Positions 1 to 10,585 of a DNA stretch of 64,000 nucleotides are shown here, one piece after another; within the stretch, counting starts at the first letter, position 1; every line of letters begins with the position of its first letter. Under the pieces are notes generated by a model. That model made no database searches. It had not been told where the DNA came from and saw only the letters and a program-made list of their open reading frames with translations. The stretch is from Candidatus Phycocordibacter aenigmaticus (GTDB taxonomy: Bacteria > Patescibacteriota > Minisyncoccia > Phycocordibacterales > UBA2163). A program made the translations under genes and the position numbers. The DNA is taken from NCBI GenBank assembly GCA_002327585.1, contig DCWL01000006.1:28302-92301 (forward strand), in the 5' to 3' direction.

Positions 1-77
1 GAGGGATATGTATTTACTCCCTTCTCCCGCATCAGTACCTCCTAAGACAATACACTGGGTGTTGTATAAAGTGTGCA

Positions 78-2999
78 TTAAGTTTTCATTATTTTAAATT
101 TGAAGCTGTATGGTTCAATTTTAATTTCCTCCTCTTCTATCTCAGTAAAATTGATTTCTTTTGCAAGAGTTGCTCTTTTTATTGTCTCTGCAAACTTTTC
201 AATAAATTCTTTCCCTCTATCGTCAGTTTCAATGTCAATATTAATTGAATCCTGCGGAGTAAGTTTCATAACTTTCCTTGCGTTTTGAATTGCGCGTGTC
301 AGTTCGCGTACATCACCTTCATCTTTAAGCTCTTGCGTTAAGTCTGTATCAAGTTTAACTTCATTTTCTATATTTTCATCAAATATAATTTCTTTCACAT
401 TTATTTCATCTTTAATCAACTGCAGTAATTGTTCCTGATTTTTGATTCCTGATTCCTTATTCGCGATGCGAAGCATCGTCAGTGGCTGTCTTACTTTTAT
501 CCCTGCATTTGACCGTGCTTCAAGTCCAAGTGAAGCAATTTTTCTCACCTTTTCCATTTCTTCCAAAACTTTCAACTTTTCACTTTCAACTTTAATCTCA
601 AGTGGCCATATCTCAAGATGTACACTTTCTTTTCCGTCAGCGCCTTTTATTTTCTGATACACCTGCTCTGCAATAAATGGTGTAAACGGGGCCATGAGTT
701 TTGAGAGTTTAAGAAGAATATATCTTGTTGTAGCAAGAGCATTTTCTTTATCCTCCCCCTTAACCTTAAATCTGTCACGGGAGCGTCTGATATACCATTG
801 TGAAAAGTCCGCGATAAACTCTCTGATATCGCGCGCAGGCTCAAGTACATTAAACTCATCCATATTCTTCGTAGAGTCTGCAATAAGTTTGTTCAGTCGC
901 GCAAGAATCCACTGGTCTAAAACATTATCACTGGTTTGTGATTTAGAATTTATGGTTTGTGATTTTTCGTGAGCATATAACTCGTAGAATTTTACGATAT
1001 TATTAAGCAGATTAAATACTTTTTTTACAACTTCATCAACACTTTTCTCGTCAAAATTCTTTGATTCCCCCGGCTGATTGACCGTATACATCCAGAAACG
1101 CAGAGCATCTGAGCCGTATTTATCTATCATCTTCCAAGGGTCAACGGCATTTCCAACCGACTTGGACATTTTTTTACCTTTATTGTCCAGAATATGCCCG
1201 AGAGAAATTACATTTCGATATGCTTTGCCTTTTCCCGAGAGAATTCCTATGGCATGAAGTGTGTAAAACCACCCGCGAGTCTGGTCAATCGCTTCTGAAA
1301 TGAAGTCTGCAGGATAACCTTTACTCTCAACCCACTGTCTATTTTCAAACGGATAATGATCTTGCGCAAACGGCATTGCGCCAGAGTCAAACCATACATC
1401 TATAACTTCTTTCTCGCGTGTCAATTTTTTTCCACCTTCATCTATAAATTCTATTTCATCAATATATGGCTTGTGCAAATCAGGTTCACCATTTTCATTT
1501 TGCGGAAGTGATGCAGAATCTGGAATATATTTTTTTAATTCCTCAATTGAGCCAATAACAATATATTCTTCCGAATTCTCTTTTTTCCAGATTGGAAGTG
1601 GTGTCCCCCAATAACGCTCTCTTGAAATTGCCCAATCCTTGACATCAGAGAGCCATTCGCCAAATCTACCTTCTCTTATATGCTCTGGCACCCAGTTTAT
1701 ACCTTTATTTTCCTTAACCAATTCGTCACGAAGCTCGGACATCCGTATGTACCATGAGTCGCGTGCAAAATAGACTAAAGCGGTCTTGCATCTCCAACAA
1801 TGTGGGTATGTGTGTTTTATTTTTTCTTTTTTGTATAAAAGATTTCTTTTTTCCAAATCTGCAATAATTTCAGAGTCAACTTCACGCACTTTTTTCCCCG
1901 CAAGAAAATCTGTCTCTGAAATAAATTCTCCCGACTCGTTTACAAGATGGTGTTTAGGCAAATTAACTTGAGTCCCAAGTTCAAAGTCATCCGTTCCGTA
2001 CATAACGGCAGTATGCACGATTCCTGTGCCGTCGTCTGTATTAACAAAATCTGCTTTATAAATTTTATATGCATTTGGAAGCTTTTCTTTTTGGTTTTCT
2101 GGAAGTGTATCTTTTAGATATGAATAAAGCGGTTCATATTCAAGACCAATAAGATCTTTTCCTTTTAATTCTTTTTTTATGTTATGGGATATTCCCGATA
2201 TATGCTCCATGCGATTGTGAGCAACTATAAAATTATCTGCTTGTAGTACGTAATCAATATCTTTATGCACAGCAAGTGCAACATTGCCAGGAAGTGTCCA
2301 CGGAGTAGTGGTCCACGCAAGTATGTATGTATTCTTTGGCAAATCGTTCTTTTCAGGATTTTTGACTTTAAATTTTACATAAACTGATTCATCTGTAATT
2401 TCCTCATATCCAAGCGCAAGTTCATGGCTTGAAAGTCCCGTCTCGCATCGCGGACACCACAGCACAACTTTATAATCTTTGTACAAAAGTTTTTGTTCAT
2501 TGACTTTCTTTATAATACTCCATACTGACTCTATATATTCCGGCTCGTATGTAATATATGGATTTTCGTGGTCAAGCCAAAACGCAATTCTCTCTGTGAA
2601 CTTCTTCCACTCATTAATATGTTTCCAAGCACTTTCTTTGCATTTTTTATTAAACTTTTCAATTCCATATTCTTCAATTTCCTTTTTTGATTTAAATCCA
2701 AGCTCTTTTTCAACTTCAAGCTCAATAGGAAGCCCGTGTGTGTCCCAACCAGCTTTTCTGCGCACATGAAAACCTCTCATAGTTTTATATCTCGGAATCA
2801 CATCCTTAAATGCCCTTGATTCCATATGGTGAATCCCTGGCTTGCCGTTTGCCGTTGGCGGTCCTTCATAAAAAACAAATTCTCCCTCTGAGATTTTCTT
2901 TTCATATGATTTTTCAAAAATCTTATTCTCCTCCCAAAACTTTAGGATTTCTTCTTCTTTCTTTGCAATCTCGCTTTTTTGATTATTATCTTTATTCAT
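78..2999 (-). CDS. ileS: isoleucine--tRNA ligase (IleRS2 type)
   Basis: GPPTANGKPGIHH (HIGH-like), WTTTPWTLP, DWAISRERYWGTPLP and KMSKS motifs. Confidence 0.95.
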   Translation of the reverse strand: MNKDNNQKSEIAKKEEEILKFWEENKIFEKSYEKKISEGEFVFYEGPPTANGKPGIHHMESRAFKDVIPRYKTMRGFHVRRKAGWDTHGLPIELEVEKELGFKSKKEIEEYGIEKFNKKCKESAWKHINEWKKFTERIAFWLDHENPYITYEPEYIESVWSIIKKVNEQKLLYKDYKVVLWCPRCETGLSSHELALGYEEITDESVYVKFKVKNPEKNDLPKNTYILAWTTTPWTLPGNVALAVHKDIDYVLQADNFIVAHNRMEHISGISHNIKKELKGKDLIGLEYEPLYSYLKDTLPENQKEKLPNAYKIYKADFVNTDDGTGIVHTAVMYGTDDFELGTQVNLPKHHLVNESGEFISETDFLAGKKVREVDSEIIADLEKRNLLYKKEKIKHTYPHCWRCKTALVYFARDSWYIRMSELRDELVKENKGINWVPEHIREGRFGEWLSDVKDWAISRERYWGTPLPIWKKENSEEYIVIGSIEELKKYIPDSASLPQNENGEPDLHKPYIDEIEFIDEGGKKLTREKEVIDVWFDSGAMPFAQDHYPFENRQWVESKGYPADFISEAIDQTRGWFYTLHAIGILSGKGKAYRNVISLGHILDNKGKKMSKSVGNAVDPWKMIDKYGSDALRFWMYTVNQPGESKNFDEKSVDEVVKKVFNLLNNIVKFYELYAHEKSQTINSKSQTSDNVLDQWILARLNKLIADSTKNMDEFNVLEPARDIREFIADFSQWYIRRSRDRFKVKGEDKENALATTRYILLKLSKLMAPFTPFIAEQVYQKIKGADGKESVHLEIWPLEIKVESEKLKVLEEMEKVRKIASLGLEARSNAGIKVRQPLTMLRIANKESGIKNQEQLLQLIKDEINVKEIIFDENIENEVKLDTDLTQELKDEGDVRELTRAIQNARKVMKLTPQDSINIDIETDDRGKEFIEKFAETIKRATLAKEINFTEIEEEEIKIEPYSFKFKIMKT

Positions 3000-3002
3000 A
3001 AT

Positions 3003-4655
3003 TTACATTCTCTCTGGTGCTTTGATTCCCAAAAGCCAGAGACCATTTTTTATTGTGTATGCAAAAGCTTGTGTAAGCGCAACTTTGTATGGCGCAGAGT
3101 CGCTTTCCTCAACTATCCGCTCTTTTGCATAAAAACTATTAAACGCTCCCGCAAGTTCTGTCAGATAAGTTGTGATATAGTGAGGTTCAAACTCTTTCCC
3201 CGCGCGCTCCACAACTTCCGGAAATCTATATAAAAGTTTCTCTAAAATATCAAGATCCAACCTTGATATTTTTGTACTTAGTTTTATATTTTGTTCTTTC
3301 GCTTTTTCTAAAACTGAGTGAGCTCTCGTGTAAGAGTACTGCAAATATGGCCCAGAGTTTCCTTCAAATGAGAGTGATTTGTCAAAATTAAATATAATGT
3401 CTTTTCCTGCTGATTGCTTTAATATTGAGTATTTTACCGCTCCTACGGCAATTTCTTCTGCAATTTCGGGCTTATTTTTAACATCTGAATTCTTCATTTT
3501 TTCAAGCACCTTGACTTTCACTTCATCAATGAGCGATTCTGCTGTAACAATGTCTCCAGTACGCGATGACATTTTTCCACTCGGTAAACGCATCATTCCA
3601 TGAGTTATATGTTTTGTTTTCTCAGCAAGCGTAGGATATATTTGCTTCATAGCTTCTAATATGACTTTAAAATATTCTTTAACTTCATTTCCTGTGATAA
3701 CAACTGATTTATCATAATTAAATCTTTCGCTTTTAATTTTTGCCAAACCTAAATCTTTTGCTTCATATGTAGGTAAACCATCCGAGTTTATAAAAACTCT
3801 TGTATGAAGTCCATACTTTTCTCCTTTGAAGATTATTGCTCCATCGCTTTCTTCAAATATTTTTCCGATATTTTCTTTTACGAGCTTTTGTCCGATTGGC
3901 CCTGTCTCACTTTCAAAAAAATATTCATCAAACTTTGTTCCAAGTTTTCTATAAATCTCTTCAAAGTGTTCAAGTGATATTTTTCTCCCTTTTTCGTAAA
4001 GTGAATTTATTTCATTATCATCTTTTTCGTATATTTTTTTATTTATTTTATTAATTTCTTTTTTATTTTTTTCATAATTTTGCACTCCATATGTATATGC
4101 TTTTCCCCATGTCATTTCAGAATTTTTTTGTTTACCAAATATTGCTTTTGCAACATGAAGCCCTACATCTCCCTGATAGTTTGCTTTTTTAACTTCCGCG
4201 CCGGAGAGTTCAACAATTCGTGAGATTGACTCACCGACTGCATTGCTCATCAGATGCCCAATGTGAAATTCTTTGAAAGGATTGGGGTCTGTGTACTCAA
4301 CAATTGTCTTTTGATTTTTCAAGAGATTATTACTTCCCCATTTTTCTCTTTCTTTTAAGATTTCATTTATACTTTCAGTAAAGAAATCCTGTGATAAATA
4401 AAAATTAATAAAGCCTGCTCCTGCAACTTCTACTTTTTCAACATGGTCTGGCTTATTTTGTACGATATATCTTATGATTTCTTGCGCTAATTCTTTTGGG
4501 GTTTTTTGGGCTTTTTTCGCAAGCACCATAGCGACATTCGTAGAATAATCTCCGTATGCCAAATCCGCAGGATACTCCAAGTGAATTTCACCTGTTTCAA
4601 GAGACATGGCTGAAACTGCGTCTTTTATAGCTTTTTTTAATATCTCCGCAATCAT
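3003..4655 (-). CDS. argS: arginine--tRNA ligase
   Basis: GDYSTNVAM, PNPFKEFHIGH, KMSSRTG, GPYLQYSYTR motifs. Confidence 0.96.
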   Translation of the reverse strand: MIAEILKKAIKDAVSAMSLETGEIHLEYPADLAYGDYSTNVAMVLAKKAQKTPKELAQEIIRYIVQNKPDHVEKVEVAGAGFINFYLSQDFFTESINEILKEREKWGSNNLLKNQKTIVEYTDPNPFKEFHIGHLMSNAVGESISRIVELSGAEVKKANYQGDVGLHVAKAIFGKQKNSEMTWGKAYTYGVQNYEKNKKEINKINKKIYEKDDNEINSLYEKGRKISLEHFEEIYRKLGTKFDEYFFESETGPIGQKLVKENIGKIFEESDGAIIFKGEKYGLHTRVFINSDGLPTYEAKDLGLAKIKSERFNYDKSVVITGNEVKEYFKVILEAMKQIYPTLAEKTKHITHGMMRLPSGKMSSRTGDIVTAESLIDEVKVKVLEKMKNSDVKNKPEIAEEIAVGAVKYSILKQSAGKDIIFNFDKSLSFEGNSGPYLQYSYTRAHSVLEKAKEQNIKLSTKISRLDLDILEKLLYRFPEVVERAGKEFEPHYITTYLTELAGAFNSFYAKERIVEESDSAPYKVALTQAFAYTIKNGLWLLGIKAPERM

Positions 4656-5930
4656 TTATATTAGTATATCAGGAATAGGGAATTTCTTGGAGAGTTCTTG
4701 GACTTCGTTTATAATTTTCTGCTTTCTACTTTCATCATCTTTATTCTCAAGAGTATCAATCATCAAGTTTGTAATAATCTCACATTCTTTCTCTTTAAAT
4801 CCTCGTGTTGTGACAGCAGGAGAACCGAAGCGAATCCCAGACGGATCCTTCGCTGAACGTTTGTCGTCAGCAATAAGATTTTGATTTACAGTAAGGTCAA
4901 CACTTTCCAGTAATTCTTGCGCAACTTTGCCTGTTATACCGAGTGAGTCGTACACGTCTGCAAGAATCATATGGTTTGATGTTCCTCCTGCAATCATTCG
5001 AATATTTCTTTTCTTCAATACTTTCTCCATTACTTTAGCATTTTTAAGAACCTGTTTAGCATATTCAGCAAATGCAGGCTGAAGTGCTTCTTTAAAACAA
5101 ATTGCTTTTGCAGCAATCATATTCATATGTGGCCCGCCCTGAATGCCGGGAAATATCGCTCTGTCGATTTTCTCCGCCAATTCTTTGCTTTCATGAATTA
5201 AAATCAATCCTCCACGCGGACCGCGGAGAGATTTGTGCGTTGTTGCTGTGATTATGTCGAAGTTTGCATCAAAAGGGTTCGGGAATGCTTTACCTGCAAT
5301 AAGTCCTGCAATGTGTGCTATGTCCACCATTGTGTAAGCTTTGATCTCTTTCGCGATAGAAACAAACTTTTCATAATCAAGTTCTCTGGTATAGGCGGAA
5401 AAGCCAGCAACAATTATTTTTGGTTTATGTTCTAACGCTAGAGAGCGAAGTTCATTGTAATCAATCTCTCCCGTATCAATGTTCTTCATCTTGTAATGTA
5501 CAAATCTATAAATTTTTGAGAGAGAAAATCCAGGATGCCCGTGCGTCAAATGCCCGCCATGCGAGAGGTCCATTGCAAGAATTGTATCTCCTGGCTTAGC
5601 AAGTGCAAAATAGGCGGCAATGTTTGCTGGATCTCCAGAGAGTGCCTGTACATTTGCGTACTTGCAGCCAAAAAGCTTGGTAGCTCTTTCAATCGCAATT
5701 CTCTCAACAGAATCGGCAAATTCCTGCCCCGAATAATAACGCTTTCCTGGATATCCTTCAGAGTATTTGTTGGTAAGGACGGAACCACTTGCTTCCCTTA
5801 CAGCACGCGATACATAGTTCTCAGAGGGAATGAGATTAATAGTCTCCGTTTGCCTTTTCTCCTCGCTAAAAATTGCATCGTAAATTTCTCCATCCTCTTT
5901 TTTTATAAAATTTAAATCTACGTGTTCCAT
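4656..5930 (-). CDS. glyA: serine hydroxymethyltransferase
   Basis: LIPSENY, NKYSEGYPGKRYY, GGHLTHG, TTHKSLRGPRGG; start trimmed to ATG at 5930. Confidence 0.96.
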   Translation of the reverse strand: MEHVDLNFIKKEDGEIYDAIFSEEKRQTETINLIPSENYVSRAVREASGSVLTNKYSEGYPGKRYYSGQEFADSVERIAIERATKLFGCKYANVQALSGDPANIAAYFALAKPGDTILAMDLSHGGHLTHGHPGFSLSKIYRFVHYKMKNIDTGEIDYNELRSLALEHKPKIIVAGFSAYTRELDYEKFVSIAKEIKAYTMVDIAHIAGLIAGKAFPNPFDANFDIITATTHKSLRGPRGGLILIHESKELAEKIDRAIFPGIQGGPHMNMIAAKAICFKEALQPAFAEYAKQVLKNAKVMEKVLKKRNIRMIAGGTSNHMILADVYDSLGITGKVAQELLESVDLTVNQNLIADDKRSAKDPSGIRFGSPAVTTRGFKEKECEIITNLMIDTLENKDDESRKQKIINEVQELSKKFPIPDILI

Positions 5931-6008
5931 AATGTGCAAGTATAACACGATGGAACAATAAAAAAATCCTCCCAAACTGTACTGTGAGCTTGAGAGGAAA
6001 ATTAAAAT

Positions 6009-6569
6009 TCAAAATAAGTTTCTTGTATCTGCCGCTGTCGGTCCTTTCTGTTTCCGATAAAGTGATTTCTTTCTTTTGTCATATGGTGTTTCGGCAGGAG
6101 AAGATAAGTATTCACAAGCAATCTGACAAATATACATATTGGGATAAATTGCAATAGCTATATTGGATTGATTGCTAATCTCAAGTGTAATATTTCCTTC
6201 AAATCCAGGATCGATAAATCCTGCCGTATGAACTAATATGCCCATTCTAGCGAGTGAACTTTTTCCTTCAACTCTGACGACCATGTCATCAGGAACTTTA
6301 ATCCATTCAACCGTACTGGCAATGACAAAATTGTTCGGGTGTAGTACAAAATGTTCCTTTTTTCTCAACTTAATAGTCTTTGTAAAATCTTTTGGCAATT
6401 TTTCTCTGATGTCCAACAAGCTTTGCTTCTCAGTATTAAATACTTTAAAAACATCGCTTAATTTTAAGTCAATAGAGGCAGGTCCAATCTGGTCAGCCGT
6501 AAGATCGGGATTAAATACAAGCTCTTTTTTTCTTATAGACATCTTTATATCTCTGTCAGATAAAACCAT
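6009..6569 (-). CDS. dcd: dCTP deaminase
   Basis: LSDRDI, PASIDL, GKSSLARMG, AGFIDPGFEGNITLEI motifs; strong SD AAAAGGAGG upstream. Confidence 0.93.
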   Translation of the reverse strand: MVLSDRDIKMSIRKKELVFNPDLTADQIGPASIDLKLSDVFKVFNTEKQSLLDIREKLPKDFTKTIKLRKKEHFVLHPNNFVIASTVEWIKVPDDMVVRVEGKSSLARMGILVHTAGFIDPGFEGNITLEISNQSNIAIAIYPNMYICQIACEYLSSPAETPYDKRKKSLYRKQKGPTAADTRNLF

Positions 6570-6611
6570 TTAAATCCTCCTTTTTCTGAAATATTGAATT
6601 TTAAATAACGA

Positions 6612-6642
6612 AAAACTCCTCATACCTTACGGCATGAGGAGT
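6612..6642 (-). terminator. intrinsic terminator of orphan 6660-7157
   Basis: ACTCCTCAT/ATGAGGAGT hairpin followed by T-run on minus strand. Confidence 0.7.
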
Positions 6643-6659
6643 CAAAAGTCAAATATATC

Positions 6660-7157
6660 TTAATCTACATTAGATACCAATTCTTCTTCAATATACTTAC
6701 TTTTTTCTAATTCTTTGAATTGCTTTTGGGTTAAAATAACGGCAATCTCATAGACAGTGCTTTTGACTTCTAAACCAGGATAATCTGTTGAATCATATGT
6801 TTCTATCTTTGTGCCCTCATCCTCATAATGATTATGGTAGTTAAGAGAACTGTGAATATTAAGTTTTTCAGTAAATACTCTATGTAGAGCTATTTTCGGA
6901 TTTTCATGGTAATAGATTTTTTCAATCAAATAATTCTTTTTCTCTTGTCCATCAACAGAAATATGTACTGTAGAGTTGTTGTGAAAAACAAATATCCTAA
7001 CCATAGAAATTCCATAGTAAATGTTACTTCCTAAAATAATAAGCTCGCAATCTCCATTATTTATCTCATTAAAAAGATCTTCTATTCCTTTACCAAAACG
7101 ATCAACCGATATCTCAAAACTTGTAAGCAAGCTCCCTAGTACTGAAGTAGTAAACAT
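6660..7157 (-). CDS. orphan hypothetical protein (SD-led cassette)
   Basis: 165-aa ORF with AAGGTAGGTG SD, upstream TTGACT...TATAAGAT promoter and own terminator. Confidence 0.65.
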   Translation of the reverse strand: MFTTSVLGSLLTSFEISVDRFGKGIEDLFNEINNGDCELIILGSNIYYGISMVRIFVFHNNSTVHISVDGQEKKNYLIEKIYYHENPKIALHRVFTEKLNIHSSLNYHNHYEDEGTKIETYDSTDYPGLEVKSTVYEIAVILTQKQFKELEKSKYIEEELVSNVD

Positions 7158-7270
7158 TCAACACCTACCTTTCTTTCAATAAGTTTCAAAATTTTATTCT
7201 GAGCATATCTTATAACATTCAATACAAAAGTCAATAAAAAACCACGAGTCAAACCCGTGATTTTTATATT

Positions 7271-7696
7271 TTAGATATCCGTCTCAATTCCCATACTTCT
7301 CGCCGTGCCTGCAATGATTTTTGCGCCTTGTTCTGGATCATTTGTGTTCAGGTCGGGAAGTTTTTTTGTGGCAATGTCTATTAGTTGCTTTTTTGTAGCC
7401 TTTCCGACTTTACTTACCAAGTTCTTTCCTGACCCTTTGTCTTTACCCAAGGCTTTCAAAAGCAGGCGTGAAGCAGGAGAAGTTTTTAACACAAAATCAA
7501 AACTCCTGTCTTCATACACGGAAATCTCAACAGGAATTATGTCTTTTCCCATCTCTTTAGTCGCGTCGTTGAACCTAGTTACAAATTCTCCGATATTAAT
7601 CCCCGCTTGCCCGAGCGCGGGGCCTATAGGTGGTGCAGGATTTGCTTTTCCTGCCAGTATTTGAAGTTTTAATTTTTTTTCAATCTTTTTAGCCAT
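7271..7696 (-). CDS. rplK: 50S ribosomal protein L11
   Basis: [25 protein letters not shown]; downstream of nusG. Confidence 0.97.
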   Translation of the reverse strand: MAKKIEKKLKLQILAGKANPAPPIGPALGQAGINIGEFVTRFNDATKEMGKDIIPVEISVYEDRSFDFVLKTSPASRLLLKALGKDKGSGKNLVSKVGKATKKQLIDIATKKLPDLNTNDPEQGAKIIAGTARSMGIETDI

Positions 7697-7719
7697 AATA
7701 CTTTACAATTTAAAAATTT

Positions 7720-8262
7720 TTAAATCTTTTTAACCTGGAGAAAGTCCAGCTCAACTGGTGTTTCTCTTCCAAACATTGATACGAGAACCTTTATCTTACC
7801 CCTATCCTCGTCAACTTCCCCGATCTTCCCTTCAAGCTCCTTGAACGGCCCGTCAATTATAGTGACAGCGTCTCCTGTGGACAGCTCAATCTTATGCTTT
7901 GCGGTATCGGACTGCATTCTCTGAAGAAGCGCATCAAGCTCTTTTTTGGAAAGTGGGACAGGATGAACTCCGGAACCGACAAATCCCGTAACGCGCGGAG
8001 TGTTTCTGACAACGTACCACGAGTCGTCGTCAACAACCATATCAACAAGTACATAGCCGGGATATATTTTATCATTTTCTTCAACACGCTTGCCTGCTTT
8101 TATTTTTATTTTCTTTTCCGTAGGAACAATAACATCAAATATCTTTTCTTCCATGCCAAGAGACTCAATACGCTGCTTTAGGTTGCGAGCAACCGCATTT
8201 TCATATCCGGAATATGTGTGGATTGCGTACCAGTTTCTTTTTTGAGCAGTATCTTGCTTCAT
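7720..8262 (-). CDS. nusG: transcription termination/antitermination factor NusG
   Basis: [32 protein letters not shown] domain, FGRETPVEL. Confidence 0.97.
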   Translation of the reverse strand: MKQDTAQKRNWYAIHTYSGYENAVARNLKQRIESLGMEEKIFDVIVPTEKKIKIKAGKRVEENDKIYPGYVLVDMVVDDDSWYVVRNTPRVTGFVGSGVHPVPLSKKELDALLQRMQSDTAKHKIELSTGDAVTIIDGPFKELEGKIGEVDEDRGKIKVLVSMFGRETPVELDFLQVKKI

Positions 8263-8264
8263 AA

Positions 8265-8444
8265 TTAAATTACAAAGTTCTCAAGTAAAAATGTAAATAT
8301 AAAATCAAAGAGCCCAAGAAAAGCTGCTGTGAAGAGTGAGATAGCTATAACAAGTATTGTGAATATAAAGGCCTGCCGCCTTGTCGGCCAGCTGACATGT
8401 TTGAGTTCTCCTTTTGTATCTTTAATATAATTTATTAGTCTCAT
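8265..8444 (-). CDS. secE: preprotein translocase subunit SecE (59 aa, not in ORF track)
   Basis: Manual translation [50 protein letters not shown]...; secE-nusG-rplK synteny. Confidence 0.93.
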   Translation of the reverse strand: MRLINYIKDTKGELKHVSWPTRRQAFIFTILVIAISLFTAAFLGLFDFIFTFLLENFVI

Positions 8445-8516
8445 GATTTTTTATTAAAAAACACCCTGCGGGTGTTATGTATATACTACTTATTTTAAAA
8501 ATATAGTCAAGAACGT

Positions 8517-8540
8517 GGCCAATGTCCGAGGACATTGGCC
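8517..8540. terminator. perfect hairpin downstream of orphan 8554-8775
   Basis: GGCCAATGTCC-GA-GGACATTGGCC inverted repeat. Confidence 0.6.
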
Positions 8541-8553
8541 TTAGATAGCTTAG

Positions 8554-8775
8554 TTAAACTGTGACTTCATATCTTAAAAGATGTTGTTTTACCCCCTCTT
8601 CTGTCAGAGGAAGACCATCATCAATCAGTTCTTTAATAAACTCATCTGTAAAGTCGGCAACTATATCGGTGCTACATCCATGCTTGATAGCCGTCTTTGT
8701 AAACTTTCTGAATGTATCTCTCTCAACCTCAATTGATTTAAATCCATCACCAATACGGCCAATCAAATTAGGCAT
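8554..8775 (-). CDS. small orphan protein (SD-led cassette)
   Basis: 73-aa ORF, AAGGAG SD, TTGTAT-17-TATACT promoter, downstream hairpin. Confidence 0.65.
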   Translation of the reverse strand: MPNLIGRIGDGFKSIEVERDTFRKFTKTAIKHGCSTDIVADFTDEFIKELIDDGLPLTEEGVKQHLLRYEVTV

Positions 8776-8823
8776 AATTCATCTCCTTAAAAAGGTTTCT
8801 TGAAATCTGTATCTAGTATACCA

Positions 8824-9642
8824 TTATCTGATTTCATATACAATACTTACATTAGATGTAATTTTATTCTCCCCAACTGGAATTTCAGGCGCTCCTCCGT
8901 CTACTGAATCAAGTGCAGCAATTTCTTTAAATGCAAATCTCGGAGAAAACGGCCTGCCTGATTCAGAAAAACTAACTATGCGCACCAATTTTACATCAAG
9001 ATCTTTTGCAAGTTGTTTTGCTTTTTTTTGTGCATCTTCAATTGCCTTTTTTCGTGCTTCGGCAAACAAATCCTCTTCATCGTCAATTGTAAACTCTAAG
9101 CCACTTACATTAGTCGCTCCGCGCTCACCGATGCCGGAGAGAACATTTCCTGCTTCCTGTGTATCGCGTACTTTAACAGATACACTCTGGTTTACTTCAA
9201 ATCCTTTAAGCACCCTCTCGCCCCCCGGAGGGCAGATACCGTCTGTACAATTTTTATTTATAAACTCGTATCTTGGATAAACATTATATCCTGTTGTTTT
9301 TATATCAGTTTTCTTAATATCGTTTTTTTCAAGAAATGCAAAGATGCTTTTGATTCTCTGCGTTGCAATCTTCTGCGCGTCAGCAACCGTCTTCTTTTCT
9401 TCTACAACAGAAAAAGAAAACTCCACAATGTCAGGAACTGCAAAAACTTCTCCTTCTCCAGAGACAGTAATTGTGTTTGTTGCCGATATTCCACCGCCAA
9501 TAAACTTGTATTCCTTTATTGTGTTGACTGTTTTTACAATAAGAAACACCGCAAGAATAAGCAGAACAATCCCGAGTATTCTCCCCGCTCGTCCGCTCCC
9601 AAGACCGCAGCAATGTCCGTGTGAGTTGTGATTATCATCCAT
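8824..9642 (-). CDS. SIMPL domain (DUF541/YggE) protein
   Basis: TITVSGEGEVFAVPD, ARKKAIEDA, IPVGENKITSNVSIVYEI; N-terminal TM helix. Confidence 0.9.
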   Translation of the reverse strand: MDDNHNSHGHCCGLGSGRAGRILGIVLLILAVFLIVKTVNTIKEYKFIGGGISATNTITVSGEGEVFAVPDIVEFSFSVVEEKKTVADAQKIATQRIKSIFAFLEKNDIKKTDIKTTGYNVYPRYEFINKNCTDGICPPGGERVLKGFEVNQSVSVKVRDTQEAGNVLSGIGERGATNVSGLEFTIDDEEDLFAEARKKAIEDAQKKAKQLAKDLDVKLVRIVSFSESGRPFSPRFAFKEIAALDSVDGGAPEIPVGENKITSNVSIVYEIR

Positions 9643-9677
9643 AATTTATTAATCTATTTTATGTTATTATCTATAAT

Positions 9678-10454
9678 ATGGCAAATATTACCATATACGC
9701 ATTTGGAAGTGTTATTATAGTGAGCCTGATATCTCTTATAGGGATATTTACACTTGGTTTAAACCAGAAATTTCTCAAAAAAAGTATCTTTCTGCTTGTA
9801 AGTCTCTCTGTTGGAGCACTCTTTGGAGACGCAATAATTCATCTTATCCCTCAAGCATTCAGCGAAATCGGAAATACTGCTACTGCGTCACTATTTATCC
9901 TTATAGGGATTATGCTCTTTTTTGTACTTGAAAAATTCATAAGGTGGCATCATTTACACGAGCATGATTGTGAAGATGATGAATGCCGTATGAAACAGAA
10001 TAATAAAACACATCCAATGGGCGCTCTCATTCTTGCTTCAGATGCCATACATAATATGATAGATGGGGTGATTATAGGTGTAAGTTATTTGATAAGTATT
10101 GAATTAGGCATAGCAACAACAATTGCCATAATCTTACATGAAATACCCCAGGAAATAGGCCACGTTGCAATCCTGCTGCATTCTGGATATACAAAAATTA
10201 AAGCTCTTTTGTTGAATTTCGTATCTTCGCTTTTTGCAATTGCCGGCACTGCCTTGGTATTTGTATTCGGCTCATTAATTGAATCTCTAGTGCCGATAGC
10301 TATTTCCTTTGCAGCCGGCGGATTTCTCTACATTGCAGGTTCTGACTTAGTACCAGAACTTCATAGGACATCTGATATTAAAAAATCTCTTCAGCAGTTT
10401 ATCGCTATCGTAATAGGTATTGCAATAATGTTTGCACTCTTGGTTTTCAATTAA
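9678..10454 (+). CDS. ZIP family metal transporter
   Basis: IHLIP, His-rich loop, DAIHNMIDG, LHEIPQE, GGFLYIA motifs. Confidence 0.92.
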   Translation: MANITIYAFGSVIIVSLISLIGIFTLGLNQKFLKKSIFLLVSLSVGALFGDAIIHLIPQAFSEIGNTATASLFILIGIMLFFVLEKFIRWHHLHEHDCEDDECRMKQNNKTHPMGALILASDAIHNMIDGVIIGVSYLISIELGIATTIAIILHEIPQEIGHVAILLHSGYTKIKALLLNFVSSLFAIAGTALVFVFGSLIESLVPIAISFAAGGFLYIAGSDLVPELHRTSDIKKSLQQFIAIVIGIAIMFALLVFN

Positions 10455-10480
10455 GCGATTGTGTAGAGATTATTCTGAAT

Positions 10481-10518
10481 CGGCGATGCGGCGCCACCAG
10501 AACCTATTTTGAGAATAT
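10481..10518. repeat. 38-bp direct repeat, copy 1
   Basis: 30/38 identical to 11278-11315. Confidence 0.75.
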
Positions 10519-10585
10519 ATTGGTTACCCTTTCTCTCTTGCTAGGAGATGTAAAATCTATTTTTATAGTTTAGCGATTTTTAAAG

